DNA of 64,000 nt, taken from positions 1,216,001 to 1,280,000 of the forward strand of contig OZ242011.1 in assembly GCA_965204755.1 (NCBI GenBank), read 5' to 3'. Position numbers and translations under genes: made by a program. The stretch comes from Candidatus Marinacidobacterium sp. (lineage in GTDB: Bacteria; Acidobacteriota; Vicinamibacteria; Marinacidobacterales; Marinacidobacteraceae). A model generated the notes under the pieces. The model saw only the letters and a program-made list of their open reading frames with translations. It was not told the DNA's origin and ran no database searches. Within the stretch, counting starts at the first letter, position 1, and every line of letters begins with the position of its first letter. Positions 19,825 through 29,261 of this stretch are shown piece by piece.

Positions 19825-21207
19825 ATGACTGACGCGAGCGCGACCATGGAGGAAATCCCCGGAACCCCGTATTCGTTCCACTCGTCCCGGATCGACGACT
19901 TCCAGACCCTCGCCCGTCGGGTCCAGACGATGCGAGCCGGCGGGCCGCTGACACCGGAGGTTATGCGTCGCGTAACGAAGTTCTTCCGGATCAAGAACAT
20001 CTACCACTCGAACGCCATCGAGGGAAACCAGCTCGACCTCGGGGAGACGAGGCAGGTCGTCGAACAGGGGCTGACACTCACCGGAAAACCTCTGAAGGAT
20101 CAGGCCGAAGCGCGCAATTTGTCCTCCGCGATCGACTTTCTGGAAGAACTGGTGGAGGACACGACGATCCCGATCAGCGGGCGTGATCTACGCCAGATAC
20201 ACGAACTCGTCCTTCGCGGTATCGCCGATCATGCCGGTGCGTACCGAACCATCGAAGTGGCGATCGCAGGATCCCAACATGACCCGCCAGGACCGGAGAA
20301 AGTCCAGCCAGAGATGGATCACTTCTGCGACTGGCTGAAGGGCGTCAGCGTTCCGGCCGAAGAAGAGTTGGCGTCCGCTAGGGGTCTGCTCGTTGCCGCC
20401 GCGGCGCACACATGGCTCGTCACTGTCCATCCCTTCGTGGACGGCAACGGCCGCGTCGCGCGCTTGCTGGCCAACCTCCTCCTCATGCGCTATCGATACC
20501 CCATAGCGATCGTCTCGCGCGAAGATCGGTACCGCTATTACGACGCTCTGGAGGAGTCCCAGGGGTCCGATCTGACTCCTTTCCTCGTCCTGTTCCACGA
20601 ATGCGTGTCTGAGAGCCTCGAAGAGTACGAACGCGCCGCCGAGGAACAACGCAGGCAGTCGGGATGGGCGCAAAAACAGCAGATGCGGTTCGCGGAGCCG
20701 GAGCGAATTCGCACCGAAAACGAGTACGAAGTCTGGAAGAACGCGATGGAGTTGTTCCGTAGTTTTCTTCGTCAGGTCGCCGAGGAGATCTCCAGTGAGT
20801 TCGGGCGGATCTGGGTCAAGGACTTCGGTCTCGCGGAGTTCGAGAAGTACGCCATCATGCGAAGCGGCGCCGCCGCGAAAAGGACTTGGTTCTGTCGGCT
20901 GGATTTCAGGCGGGGCGACCGCACGGCGCGTTATCTCTTCTTCTTCGGCTCGGCCACTAACAGAGCGAAGAGGAGCGGTTGCCGGGTCACTCTGCATGTG
21001 GCGCGCGAAGACCCTCCGGGTTCGTACTACTATGAGCGTCTCGATCGCCTAACGGCCCCGAATGTCCCCGACCTCCACGAGATCGGCTACGACATGAAGA
21101 AGGAGCAGTTCGTGTTCTTTCGACAACGCGGTCTGAAGCGAGATCGCATCGAACCTCTCGGGCGGAGTTTCTTCGAGGAAGTGTTGAAGAAACACTTCAG
21201 CAGTTGA
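19825..21207 (+). CDS. Fic-domain protein with an uncharacterised C-terminal domain
   Basis: Canonical HPFVDGNGRVAR, inhibitory-helix-type IYHSNAIEGN; lower GC than flanking ccm genes. Confidence 0.9.
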   Translation: MTDASATMEEIPGTPYSFHSSRIDDFQTLARRVQTMRAGGPLTPEVMRRVTKFFRIKNIYHSNAIEGNQLDLGETRQVVEQGLTLTGKPLKDQAEARNLSSAIDFLEELVEDTTIPISGRDLRQIHELVLRGIADHAGAYRTIEVAIAGSQHDPPGPEKVQPEMDHFCDWLKGVSVPAEEELASARGLLVAAAAHTWLVTVHPFVDGNGRVARLLANLLLMRYRYPIAIVSREDRYRYYDALEESQGSDLTPFLVLFHECVSESLEEYERAAEEQRRQSGWAQKQQMRFAEPERIRTENEYEVWKNAMELFRSFLRQVAEEISSEFGRIWVKDFGLAEFEKYAIMRSGAAAKRTWFCRLDFRRGDRTARYLFFFGSATNRAKRSGCRVTLHVAREDPPGSYYYERLDRLTAPNVPDLHEIGYDMKKEQFVFFRQRGLKRDRIEPLGRSFFEEVLKKHFSS

Positions 21208-21355
21208 CACCGCGCATCTACCGACCTCCCGAAACAGAAGTGAGCAAGCAGTGATGCCGTGCGTTCGCGCGACGGAGCGGTTCGGCGTCGGTTTCGCAGG
21301 CGGCCGGTGATGTCGGGCAACCTCCGAGAACGCCTGGCGACATCTGAGTAGATTC

Positions 21356-23389
21356 GTGCACCACCTCGGCAACTTCTCGCTCATGGCGGTGGTGGTGCTG
21401 TGCGCCTACGCCGCCGTCGCCGCGCTCCTCGCGATCCGGAAGGGATCGACCGCGCTCGCCGACAGCGCGCGGCGGGGACTGGTGGCGGCCGCCGGGTTCT
21501 CGGCGCTTTCGGTGGCCTCGCTGCTCGCGCTGTTCCTCGCCGACGACTTCCGCTTCCGTTATGTGGCCAGTTACTCGGCGGCGGAACTCCCCTACTACTA
21601 CAAGGTCTCCGCGCTCTGGGCCGGGAACGACGGGTCGCTGCTGTTCTGGACCTTCCTGATGCTGGTGTTCGCGGCGGCGTGCGTGATTTCGCGCCGGCGC
21701 GACCGGCTGATACCGCAAGTGGTGTTCACCCTCGCCGGCGTCACCCTGTTCTTCGCCTACATGAACTACTGGGTATGCAACCCGTTCGAGCAGTTGGCGG
21801 AGATCACCGCGGCGGGGCCGGTTCCGTTCGCGCCGCCGAACGGGAACGGGCTCAACCCGCTGCTGCAGCACCCGATCATGGCGATCCACCCGCCGATCCT
21901 CTATACGGGTTATGTGGGTTTCGTCGTGCCCTTCGCCTTCTGCATCGCCGCGCTCTGGACGCGCCGGCTGGACGCCTCGTGGATCGCGAGCACGCGCCGC
22001 TGGACGCTGGTCGCCTGGTTCTTCCTCGGGAGCGGCATCCTGCTCGGCGGCCGCTGGGCCTATGTGGAACTGGGCTGGGGCGGCTACTGGGGCTGGGATC
22101 CGGTGGAGAACGCCGCGCTCATGCCCTGGCTCACCGGCACCGCCTTCCTCCATTCCGTGATGATCCAGGAGCGGAAGGGGATGCTGAAGGTCTGGAACGC
22201 CGGCCTCCTGATGGCGACCTACCTGCTCTGCGTCTTCGGGACCTTCCTCACGCGGAGCGGCATCGTTTCGTCGGTGCATGCGTTCGCCTCGTCCGAGTTC
22301 GCCTGGCGGTTCCTGGTGTTCCTCGTCGTCGCCGCCGCGCTCTCGGCGGCGCTGCTGCTCTCCCGGCTGAAGGACCTGAAGACCGAGAACGAACTGCAGG
22401 CGGTGGTTTCGCGCGAGTCGGGATTCCTGTTCAACAACCTCCTGCTGCTCGCCGCCTGTTTCTCCGTCCTCTGGGGCACGCTGTTCCCGGTCCTCTCCGA
22501 GGCGGTGCAGGGCGAACAGATCACGGTGGGCGCCCCGTTCTTCAACCGGGTGAATGTGCCGCTCGGGCTCGCGCTCCTGCTCATGACCGGCGTGGGGCCG
22601 CTGCTCGCCTGGCGCCGCTCCTCGGCGGACAGCCTGCGGCGGAACTTCATGGTTCCCGGCGCCGCCGGCCTCGCCGCCGCCGCCGCCCTGCCCCTGCTCG
22701 GGATGCGCCACCCGTACGCGGTCGTCTGTTTCGCCTTCGCGGCATTCGTGACCGTCACCATCGGGCTGGAGTTCCACCGCGGCGTCCGCGCCCGCCGCGC
22801 GCACCGGGGCGGGAGTTACTTCGGGGCGCTGAACGACCTGGTGCTCCGCAACACGCGCCGATACGGGGGATACATCGTCCACTTCGGCATCGTCCTCCTC
22901 TTCGTCGGTTTCGCCGGCAACGCCTTCAACACCGAAGTGATCGCCGACCTGGAACCGGGCGGGAGCACCCGCATCGGGCCCTACGAAGCCACGCTCCAGG
23001 AACTCCCCGGCGGCTCGACCCCGGTGTACGACTGGCTGGGCGCCCGGCTGCTGCTGACGAAGCACGACGAGCCGGTCGGCCTGTTCCAGCCCCGCCGCCA
23101 GTTGGACCGGGCCACCGGACAGGCCACCTCGGAGGTCCGCCGCCACGCCACCTTCCTCGAAGACATCTACCTGGTCTTCTCCGGGGTGACCGACGACCGC
23201 CGCGCCACCATCCACATCTACCGGAACCCGCTGGTGCGCTGGGTCTGGATCGGCGGCCTGGTCATGTTCCTCGGTACCATCCTGACACTCCTGCCCGGAC
23301 GGCGCGCCGCCCCTTCGCCGGTCCGCTCCGCCGCCGCGGTCCGGGCGCAGTCCCCCGCCGGCGAACTCCCGTCAGCGAAGCCCGCCTGA
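21356..23389 (+). CDS. ccmF: Cytochrome c-type biogenesis protein CcmF (heme lyase)
   Basis: LWAGNDGSLLFW, GLNPLLQHPIMAIHPP, WAYVELGWGGYWGWDPVENAALMPW, FLTRSGIVSSVHAF. Confidence 0.97.
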   Translation: MHHLGNFSLMAVVVLCAYAAVAALLAIRKGSTALADSARRGLVAAAGFSALSVASLLALFLADDFRFRYVASYSAAELPYYYKVSALWAGNDGSLLFWTFLMLVFAAACVISRRRDRLIPQVVFTLAGVTLFFAYMNYWVCNPFEQLAEITAAGPVPFAPPNGNGLNPLLQHPIMAIHPPILYTGYVGFVVPFAFCIAALWTRRLDASWIASTRRWTLVAWFFLGSGILLGGRWAYVELGWGGYWGWDPVENAALMPWLTGTAFLHSVMIQERKGMLKVWNAGLLMATYLLCVFGTFLTRSGIVSSVHAFASSEFAWRFLVFLVVAAALSAALLLSRLKDLKTENELQAVVSRESGFLFNNLLLLAACFSVLWGTLFPVLSEAVQGEQITVGAPFFNRVNVPLGLALLLMTGVGPLLAWRRSSADSLRRNFMVPGAAGLAAAAALPLLGMRHPYAVVCFAFAAFVTVTIGLEFHRGVRARRAHRGGSYFGALNDLVLRNTRRYGGYIVHFGIVLLFVGFAGNAFNTEVIADLEPGGSTRIGPYEATLQELPGGSTPVYDWLGARLLLTKHDEPVGLFQPRRQLDRATGQATSEVRRHATFLEDIYLVFSGVTDDRRATIHIYRNPLVRWVWIGGLVMFLGTILTLLPGRRAAPSPVRSAAAVRAQSPAGELPSAKPA

Positions 23390-23397
23390 ACCCGCCG

Positions 23398-23931
23398 ATG
23401 CGTTCCGCCCCGCCGTCCGCGCCCGCCCCCGCCCGGGCGCGCCGCATCCTCGTCGGCCTCGCCGCCGTCTGGGCCGGAAGCGCGGCCGGCGCGATGGGGC
23501 AGGAGCGCTACAACAGCGAGGCCTACCGCCAGGTCACCGGGGCGCTGACCTGCCAGTGCGGCGGCTGCAACGCGATCGTCTCCGAATGCGCCATGGATCG
23601 CTGCCCCAGTTCCAACCCGATCCGGGAAGAGACCGCCGAGCGGCTGCAGGCCGGAGAGACGCCGGAAGCGGTCATCGCCCGATTCCGCGACCGGTACGGC
23701 CTCTCGGTGCTCGCCGCCCCGCCGGCCGCCGGCTTCCACCTCACGGCGTGGATGCTCCCCGGCGTCGTCCTGCTCCTCGGCGGCGCGGCGGCAGCGCTCG
23801 TGATCCGGCGTTGGCGGCAGGAGACGCCCGCCCCGGCCACGCCGGCGGAGGGCCCCTCGGCGAACGCCGCCGGCGCGGCCCGGCCCGAAGTCCTCGCCCG
23901 GATCGAACGCGACATCGCCGACCTTCGCTGA
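23398..23931 (+). CDS. ccmH: CcmH-like cytochrome c biogenesis protein
   Basis: Signal peptide, LTCQCGGC..C..C, RYGLSVLAAPP, TAWMLP TM helix; follows ccmF. Confidence 0.75.
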   Translation: MRSAPPSAPAPARARRILVGLAAVWAGSAAGAMGQERYNSEAYRQVTGALTCQCGGCNAIVSECAMDRCPSSNPIREETAERLQAGETPEAVIARFRDRYGLSVLAAPPAAGFHLTAWMLPGVVLLLGGAAAALVIRRWRQETPAPATPAEGPSANAAGAARPEVLARIERDIADLR

Positions 23932-23959
23932 GCGACCGCGGAGCCGCCGCCGCCCGAGC

Positions 23960-24325
23960 GTGACCCTGGTCTTCCTCGCGGCGCTCGCCGCGATCGCCAC
24001 CGGTTTCGTGCTGCAGCCGGTCTTCGCCGCCCCCGCGAGCGCGCCGGCCCCCGAGTGCCCGGCGGACCGAAAAGCCCTGCGGCTCGCCGAGCGGCGCCGG
24101 CAGTTGTTGCTCGCCATCGCCGAACTGGACTTCGAGCGCGACGCCGGCAAGGTCGGCGAGGAAGAGCACCGCGCCGCCCGCGCCGCGCTCCTGGAAGAGG
24201 CGGCGGCGGTCAGCGAAGCGCTCGACGCGCGGGCCGAGCCGAAGGGCGGCAGGCGGCGCGGGGGCCGGAAGCGTCCGCCGGCGACCGCGGCCCCGGCCGC
24301 CGGCGCCGCGGGGTCCCCGGAATGA
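23960..24325 (+). CDS. CcmI N-terminal-like small membrane protein
   Basis: N-terminal TM then LLAIAELDFERDAGKVGEEEH, like the CcmI cytoplasmic helix; ccm context. Confidence 0.6.
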   Translation: MTLVFLAALAAIATGFVLQPVFAAPASAPAPECPADRKALRLAERRRQLLLAIAELDFERDAGKVGEEEHRAARAALLEEAAAVSEALDARAEPKGGRRRGGRKRPPATAAPAAGAAGSPE

Positions 24326-25599
24326 GGTCCGCCGGAAGGCGCCGGAGCGCGGTCGCCGCGATGGCCGCGGCCGTTCTCGCCGCCGTCACCGGCGCCCCGT
24401 CCCCGGCGCCCGCCGGGCCGGTCCGCGTCACGCTGGTGAACGGCACCACCGGCGAACCGGGCCGGGCGGACCTGCTCACGCTCTACCGCCTCGGCCGGGG
24501 CATGGAGCCGGTGGCGTCCGTCGAGGACGCCGAGGCCTCGGCGGTGCTGGAGGCCCCCGCGGAAGCCGCGCCGGGCGGCCTCCCGCGCCCCTACCTCCTG
24601 CAGGCCACTTACGCCGGAGTGAACTACAACCAACCGGTGCGCCTCGACGCCGACGGCGGCGCCGAGGCGACGCTCACGGTGTACGACCCCTTCGACCGCT
24701 GGGAGGACGGGGGGATCGCCCTCACCACCTGGCGGGCGCTCTACCGCCGGCAGCCGAGCGCCGCCGGCGCCGCCGCGGACACCCTCCGCGCCGACCACAT
24801 CTTCGTGATCGAGAACCGGACGGCGCCGCCCCGCACTTTCGCGAGCGACCGCGAGACGCTGCGCTTCCGGCTGCCCGGCGAGGACGCGCTGCTCGGCGTC
24901 CCCTCGGTGAGCGCCACCGGCGCCACCGGAATGCCGGTGCCGCAGAGCCCCTTTCCGGTGGAGAGCGGCGCGGGGGCCGGCAACGACTACGCGGTCCGCA
25001 CCGCCTTCAAGCCGGGCGAAACCGAAATCGTCCTGTCCTATGAAGTGGAGTACCCCGGCGAGCGGCACGAGGCGTCCCTGGTCGCGCCGCGGGACTCCCC
25101 GGAGGTGATGCTGCTGGCCGCCCCGGCGGACATGACGCTGGCCCTCCCCGACGACGCCTCGGGGCCGGCCGCCGCCGGGTGGGAATTCCCGGGGCCGGAC
25201 CCGGACGCCGGACTCAATGTGGCCCGCAAGATCGGAGTCCGGGCCGGCGAACCGGTGCGGATGGTCTTCGCCGGCGGCTCGCCCGCAGCGGCGGACGCGG
25301 GCCCCGCGGCCTTCTCCGCGCCTCCGGCCCGACCGGCGGCGGGCGGCGGCGCGCTGCCGCCGGTGGAGGCGCCGGGAGCCCCCGGAGACTCGGCCTCCCC
25401 GGTCGGGACGATCGGCGTCCTCCCGGACCCGACCCGCGCCGGCAAATGGGCGCTCGCGCTGCTGATGGCCGCGGCGCTCGGCTTCGGCCTGCTCCACCGC
25501 GCCTTCGGCGGCCCGAGCGACCCCTCCGGGGGCGGCGGCAAGAACCCCGTCGCAGGCGGCGGCAAGGACCCCGCCGCGCGCGGCGGCGCCGCCCGGTAA
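24322..25599 (+). CDS. Periplasmic beta-rich protein with a C-terminal membrane anchor (ccm-associated hypothetical)
   Basis: Signal peptide, VTLVNGTTG, YLLQATYAGVNY, C-terminal TM WALALLMAAALGFGLL; ATGA overlap with the upstream gene. Confidence 0.6.
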   Translation: MRSAGRRRSAVAAMAAAVLAAVTGAPSPAPAGPVRVTLVNGTTGEPGRADLLTLYRLGRGMEPVASVEDAEASAVLEAPAEAAPGGLPRPYLLQATYAGVNYNQPVRLDADGGAEATLTVYDPFDRWEDGGIALTTWRALYRRQPSAAGAAADTLRADHIFVIENRTAPPRTFASDRETLRFRLPGEDALLGVPSVSATGATGMPVPQSPFPVESGAGAGNDYAVRTAFKPGETEIVLSYEVEYPGERHEASLVAPRDSPEVMLLAAPADMTLALPDDASGPAAAGWEFPGPDPDAGLNVARKIGVRAGEPVRMVFAGGSPAAADAGPAAFSAPPARPAAGGGALPPVEAPGAPGDSASPVGTIGVLPDPTRAGKWALALLMAAALGFGLLHRAFGGPSDPSGGGGKNPVAGGGKDPAARGGAAR

Positions 25600-25607
25600 C
25601 GCCCCCC

Positions 25608-26306
25608 GTGGCGGCGGAGGTCTTCCGGGCGGAAGGCCTCACCCGGAAGTACCGGGAGTCCCCGGTGGTGTCCGGAGTGGCCCTGCGGATCGGCCAAGGC
25701 GAGGGCGTCTGCCTGCTCGGCGGCAACGGCGCCGGGAAGACCACCCTGATCGGCATGGCCGCCTCGCTGATCCGCCCTTCCGCCGGCGCCCTCTTCTACG
25801 ACGGGATCCCCGCCGCCGAGGCGCTCCCCGCCGCGCGCGGCCGGATCGGCTACGCCTCGCACCGGTCGCTCCTCTACCCGGAGTTGACCGTTCGGCAGAA
25901 CCTCGCCCTCCACCGCCGCCTCCACGGGAGCGCCGCCGACCTCGACGAACTCCTGGCGGCCTGGCGCCTCACCCTCTGGGCGGACACCCCCGCGAGCCGA
26001 CTCTCCCGGGGGACCGCGCAGCGGGCGACCCTCGCGCGGGCGCTGCTCCACGAACCGGCCCTCCTGCTGCTCGACGAGCCCTTCGCCGCGCTGGACGGCC
26101 CTTCGCGCGACCGCCTGGCGGCTCACCTCCGGCGGACGCGGGCCCGGGGCGCCGCGCTGCTGCTCGCGACCCACGACCTCGACCGGGGGCTCCCGCTGAC
26201 CGAGCGGACGGTGGTGCTCCACCGGGGAAAGAAGGTCCTGGACGAACCGAACGCCGACCGCGCCGCCATCGAACGCGCCTACACCGCCGCGGACCCCGCC
26301 CGCTGA
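25608..26306 (+). CDS. ccmA: Heme ABC exporter ATP-binding protein CcmA
   Basis: GGNGAGKTT, LSRGTAQR, LLLLDEPF, ATHD; precedes ccmB. Confidence 0.85.
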   Translation: MAAEVFRAEGLTRKYRESPVVSGVALRIGQGEGVCLLGGNGAGKTTLIGMAASLIRPSAGALFYDGIPAAEALPAARGRIGYASHRSLLYPELTVRQNLALHRRLHGSAADLDELLAAWRLTLWADTPASRLSRGTAQRATLARALLHEPALLLLDEPFAALDGPSRDRLAAHLRRTRARGAALLLATHDLDRGLPLTERTVVLHRGKKVLDEPNADRAAIERAYTAADPAR

Positions 26307-26320
26307 CCCGCCCGTCCCGC

Positions 26321-27004
26321 ATGGGAGCCGTCCGAGCCGCGCTGGCCATCGCCGGCAAGGACCTCCTCGGCGAGGCGAGGTCGCGGGAGCGGGTCCCGGC
26401 GATGCTGCTGTTCGCCGCGCTCATCCTGCTGGTGATGCACTTCGCCGCCGGGCTCGACGGAGCGGGCGCCGAACGGCTCGCGCCCGGCGTGCTCCAGACC
26501 GCCTTCCTCCTCGCCGGGACGCTCGGCCTCTACCGCAGTTTCGCCCCGGAAACGGAAGCCATGGCCCTCCACGGCCTGATGCTGGCCCCGGTGGACCGGG
26601 CCGCCATCTACTTCGGCAAGTTGCTCTCCGGCGCGGCGCTGCTGTTCTTCGTGCAGGTCCCGGTGGCCCTGCTCTACGAACTGCTGTTCGCCGTGAACCT
26701 TTCCGGCGGAAGCGCCGTAAGGGGCTCTCTCGCCATCGGTCTGGTCCTCCTGTGCGGCTCCCTCGGTTTCACCGCGCTCGGGGTCACGGTCGCCGCCATC
26801 TGCGCCTCCACCTCCGCCCGCGAGGTGCTGCTGCCGCTGCTGCTGTTCCCCCTCGCCGCCCCGCTGCTGATCGCCGGCGTCTCCGGTCTGGCGTCGGCGA
26901 TGGCCGGCGAACCGGTGTGGGAAGCGGCGCGCTTCCTGTTGCTGGCCTCGACGGCGTTCGTCTCGGTCTCCTGGATCGTCTTCGAGTTCGTCCTCGAACC
27001 GTGA
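26321..27004 (+). CDS. ccmB: Heme exporter membrane protein CcmB
   Basis: KDLLGEARSRE, APVDRAAIYFGK, REVLLPLLLFPL; about 6 TM helices. Confidence 0.9.
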   Translation: MGAVRAALAIAGKDLLGEARSRERVPAMLLFAALILLVMHFAAGLDGAGAERLAPGVLQTAFLLAGTLGLYRSFAPETEAMALHGLMLAPVDRAAIYFGKLLSGAALLFFVQVPVALLYELLFAVNLSGGSAVRGSLAIGLVLLCGSLGFTALGVTVAAICASTSAREVLLPLLLFPLAAPLLIAGVSGLASAMAGEPVWEAARFLLLASTAFVSVSWIVFEFVLEP

Positions 27005-29205
27005 CCGGCCGGCGCGCGCTGCTCGCGGCCCTCGCCGCCGGCGCCTGGAGCATCGCTTCGCCGGCGACGACGCAGCCCGCCCCCGAAGCCGACGCGGCGC
27101 CGGAAGAGCGCCGAGAGAAATCCGTACGGGCGCCGCTCGTCGAATCCCTCCCGAATCCGGACGGACGGCTCGACGAGCCGGTCTGGGAGACCGCCGCGCG
27201 GATCCGCGGCTTCACCCAGTCGGAGCCGGCCTACGGCGAACCGGCGACGCTGCCCACCGAGGTGCTCATCGCCTATACGCCGGAAGGGGTGATGGTCGGC
27301 GCCCGGCTCGACGATCCGGCGCCGGACGCGGTGGTGGCGAGGGAATACCGACGAGACGCGAACCTGGACTCCGACGACAACTTCATGGTCGTCTTCGACA
27401 CCTACCACGACCACCGGAGCGCGTTCTTCTTCACCACCAACGCCGTCGGGACCCGCCAGGACGGCCTGGTGCAGGGGGAAGGCGCCTATGTGAACACCGA
27501 ATGGGACGGCGTATGGACCGTGGCGTCCCGGCGCACCGACCGGGGCTGGGTCACCGAGATGGTGATTCCCTTCGAGACGCTCCGCTTCCCGGCGGGCGCT
27601 TCCGAGTTCGGCGTGAACTTCGGCCGGCGGGTGGCCCGCACCCGGGAAGAGAGTTACTGGGCGCCCATAGACCCGGGCTGGGGTTTCAACGCCCAGTGGC
27701 GGGTTTCCGCGTACGGCGGGCTCACCGGAATGGAGCGCGCCGAACCGGGAGGGCGCGTCAAACTCAAGCCGTTCGGCGTCCTCGGCGTCTCGGACGGCGA
27801 GGCAACCGAGCGCGAGGTCGTACCCGACCTCGGGCTCGACGCCAAGATCGCCCTGAGTTCCAACCTGAACCTGGACCTGACGCTGAACACCGACTTCGCC
27901 CAGGTGGAAGCCGACGAGCAGCAGGTCAACCTGACCCGCTTCGAGTTGTTCTTCCCGGAGAAACGCGAGTTCTTCCTCGAGAACGCCGGGCTGTTCGAAG
28001 TGGGGGAGCGGACGCGCCCGTTCGATCCCCGCGAGACGGCCCTGTTCTTCAGCCGCCGCATCGGGTTGTCCTCCGACGGGGACATCCTGCCGATCCTGGG
28101 CGGCGCGCGGGTCACCGGGAAAGTGGGGGCGACGGATGTGGGCGCCTTCCACATCCGCCAGGAAGCGCTCGACGGCGAACAGCCGGCGGTCGGGTATACC
28201 GCGGCGCGCCTGCGCCGCGATGTGCTGGCCCGGAGTTCCGTCGGCGTGCTCGCCCTCGACCGCACCGAGATCGGCGGCGAGTCGCACCGGGTCGCCGCGG
28301 CCGACTTCTCCTGGGCGCCGCACCGCGCGACCACGATCAGCGGGTTCGGGGCGCGGAGTTGGACTCCCGGCGCCGAGGGCCGGGAATCGGTCTGGGGCCT
28401 CCACGGGGAAACCACCACCGACCTCTGGAACCTCACCGCCGCCTACACCGACATCGGCGAGGGCTTCGAGTCGAAGATGGGATTCGTGCCGCGCACCGGC
28501 GTCCGCAAGGTGCGGGTGGGCGGCCTGTGGAAACCGCGCCCCGGCCGGTTCGGCATCCGGCAGGTCTTCTTCGGCCCGGATTACCTCCGGTTCACGAGAC
28601 CGGACGGCTCGGTCCAATCGGAGACCCTCGGCGTCGGCCCGTTCTTCCTGTTCAACGACGGCAGCAACCTGTTCTTCAGCGTGGAGCGCTCGGTGGAGGG
28701 GCTCGCGGAATCGTTCGAGTTGCGCGATGGCGTGGAGATCGCCGCCGGCGAATACCGCGCCGGCGCCGTGCTGTACATGTTGGACACCTCCGAGAGCCGC
28801 CGCGTCTCGTTCAACCTGTTCGGCATGAACCGGGGATTCTTCGGGGGCCGGCTGAATGTGTATTCCCCGGGAGTGGCGTTCCGCCCCCACCCCCGGATCC
28901 GGCTGCAGGTGAACTACTCGCGGAGCGAGGTGCGGTTGCCGCAGGAGAACGGGGACTTCGACACGAACCTGGTCGTCCTCCGCGGGTTGATCGCGCTCTC
29001 GCCGGACGCCTTCGTCCGCGGCCTGCTGCAGTGGAACGACGACGACGGCAACTTCTCCGGAAATGTGCAGTTGCGATGGACCTACGCCCCGGGAAGCGAC
29101 TTCTTCCTGGTGTACAACGAGCGCCGCCCTTTCGGCTCGCGCGCCTCGGACCCGTCGCGGCGGGAAGTGCTGGCCAAGGCCACTTGGTACTGGACTCCCG
29201 GATGA
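27001..29205 (+). CDS. CBM9-like sugar-binding domain plus DUF5916 outer-membrane beta-barrel protein
   Basis: PDGRLDEPVW, FDTYHDHRSAFFFTTNAVG, LTLNTDFAQVEADEQQVNLTRFELFFPEKREFFLE, LFFSRRIGL; aromatic C-terminus. Confidence 0.8.
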   Translation: MTGRRALLAALAAGAWSIASPATTQPAPEADAAPEERREKSVRAPLVESLPNPDGRLDEPVWETAARIRGFTQSEPAYGEPATLPTEVLIAYTPEGVMVGARLDDPAPDAVVAREYRRDANLDSDDNFMVVFDTYHDHRSAFFFTTNAVGTRQDGLVQGEGAYVNTEWDGVWTVASRRTDRGWVTEMVIPFETLRFPAGASEFGVNFGRRVARTREESYWAPIDPGWGFNAQWRVSAYGGLTGMERAEPGGRVKLKPFGVLGVSDGEATEREVVPDLGLDAKIALSSNLNLDLTLNTDFAQVEADEQQVNLTRFELFFPEKREFFLENAGLFEVGERTRPFDPRETALFFSRRIGLSSDGDILPILGGARVTGKVGATDVGAFHIRQEALDGEQPAVGYTAARLRRDVLARSSVGVLALDRTEIGGESHRVAAADFSWAPHRATTISGFGARSWTPGAEGRESVWGLHGETTTDLWNLTAAYTDIGEGFESKMGFVPRTGVRKVRVGGLWKPRPGRFGIRQVFFGPDYLRFTRPDGSVQSETLGVGPFFLFNDGSNLFFSVERSVEGLAESFELRDGVEIAAGEYRAGAVLYMLDTSESRRVSFNLFGMNRGFFGGRLNVYSPGVAFRPHPRIRLQVNYSRSEVRLPQENGDFDTNLVVLRGLIALSPDAFVRGLLQWNDDDGNFSGNVQLRWTYAPGSDFFLVYNERRPFGSRASDPSRREVLAKATWYWTPG

Positions 29206-29261
29206 GCCGCCGACCGCCGCGGCGCGGGGCCGAACGCCGGCCCCCCGGCTAGACTCTCCGC

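Noticed and set aside
29202-29252. ATG overlapping the DUF5916 stop as the true start of gene A1
   Set aside because: An in-frame TAG at 29250-29252 closes it after 16 codons; GTG 29262 still gives a complete signal peptide, so A1 is not called a pseudogene.
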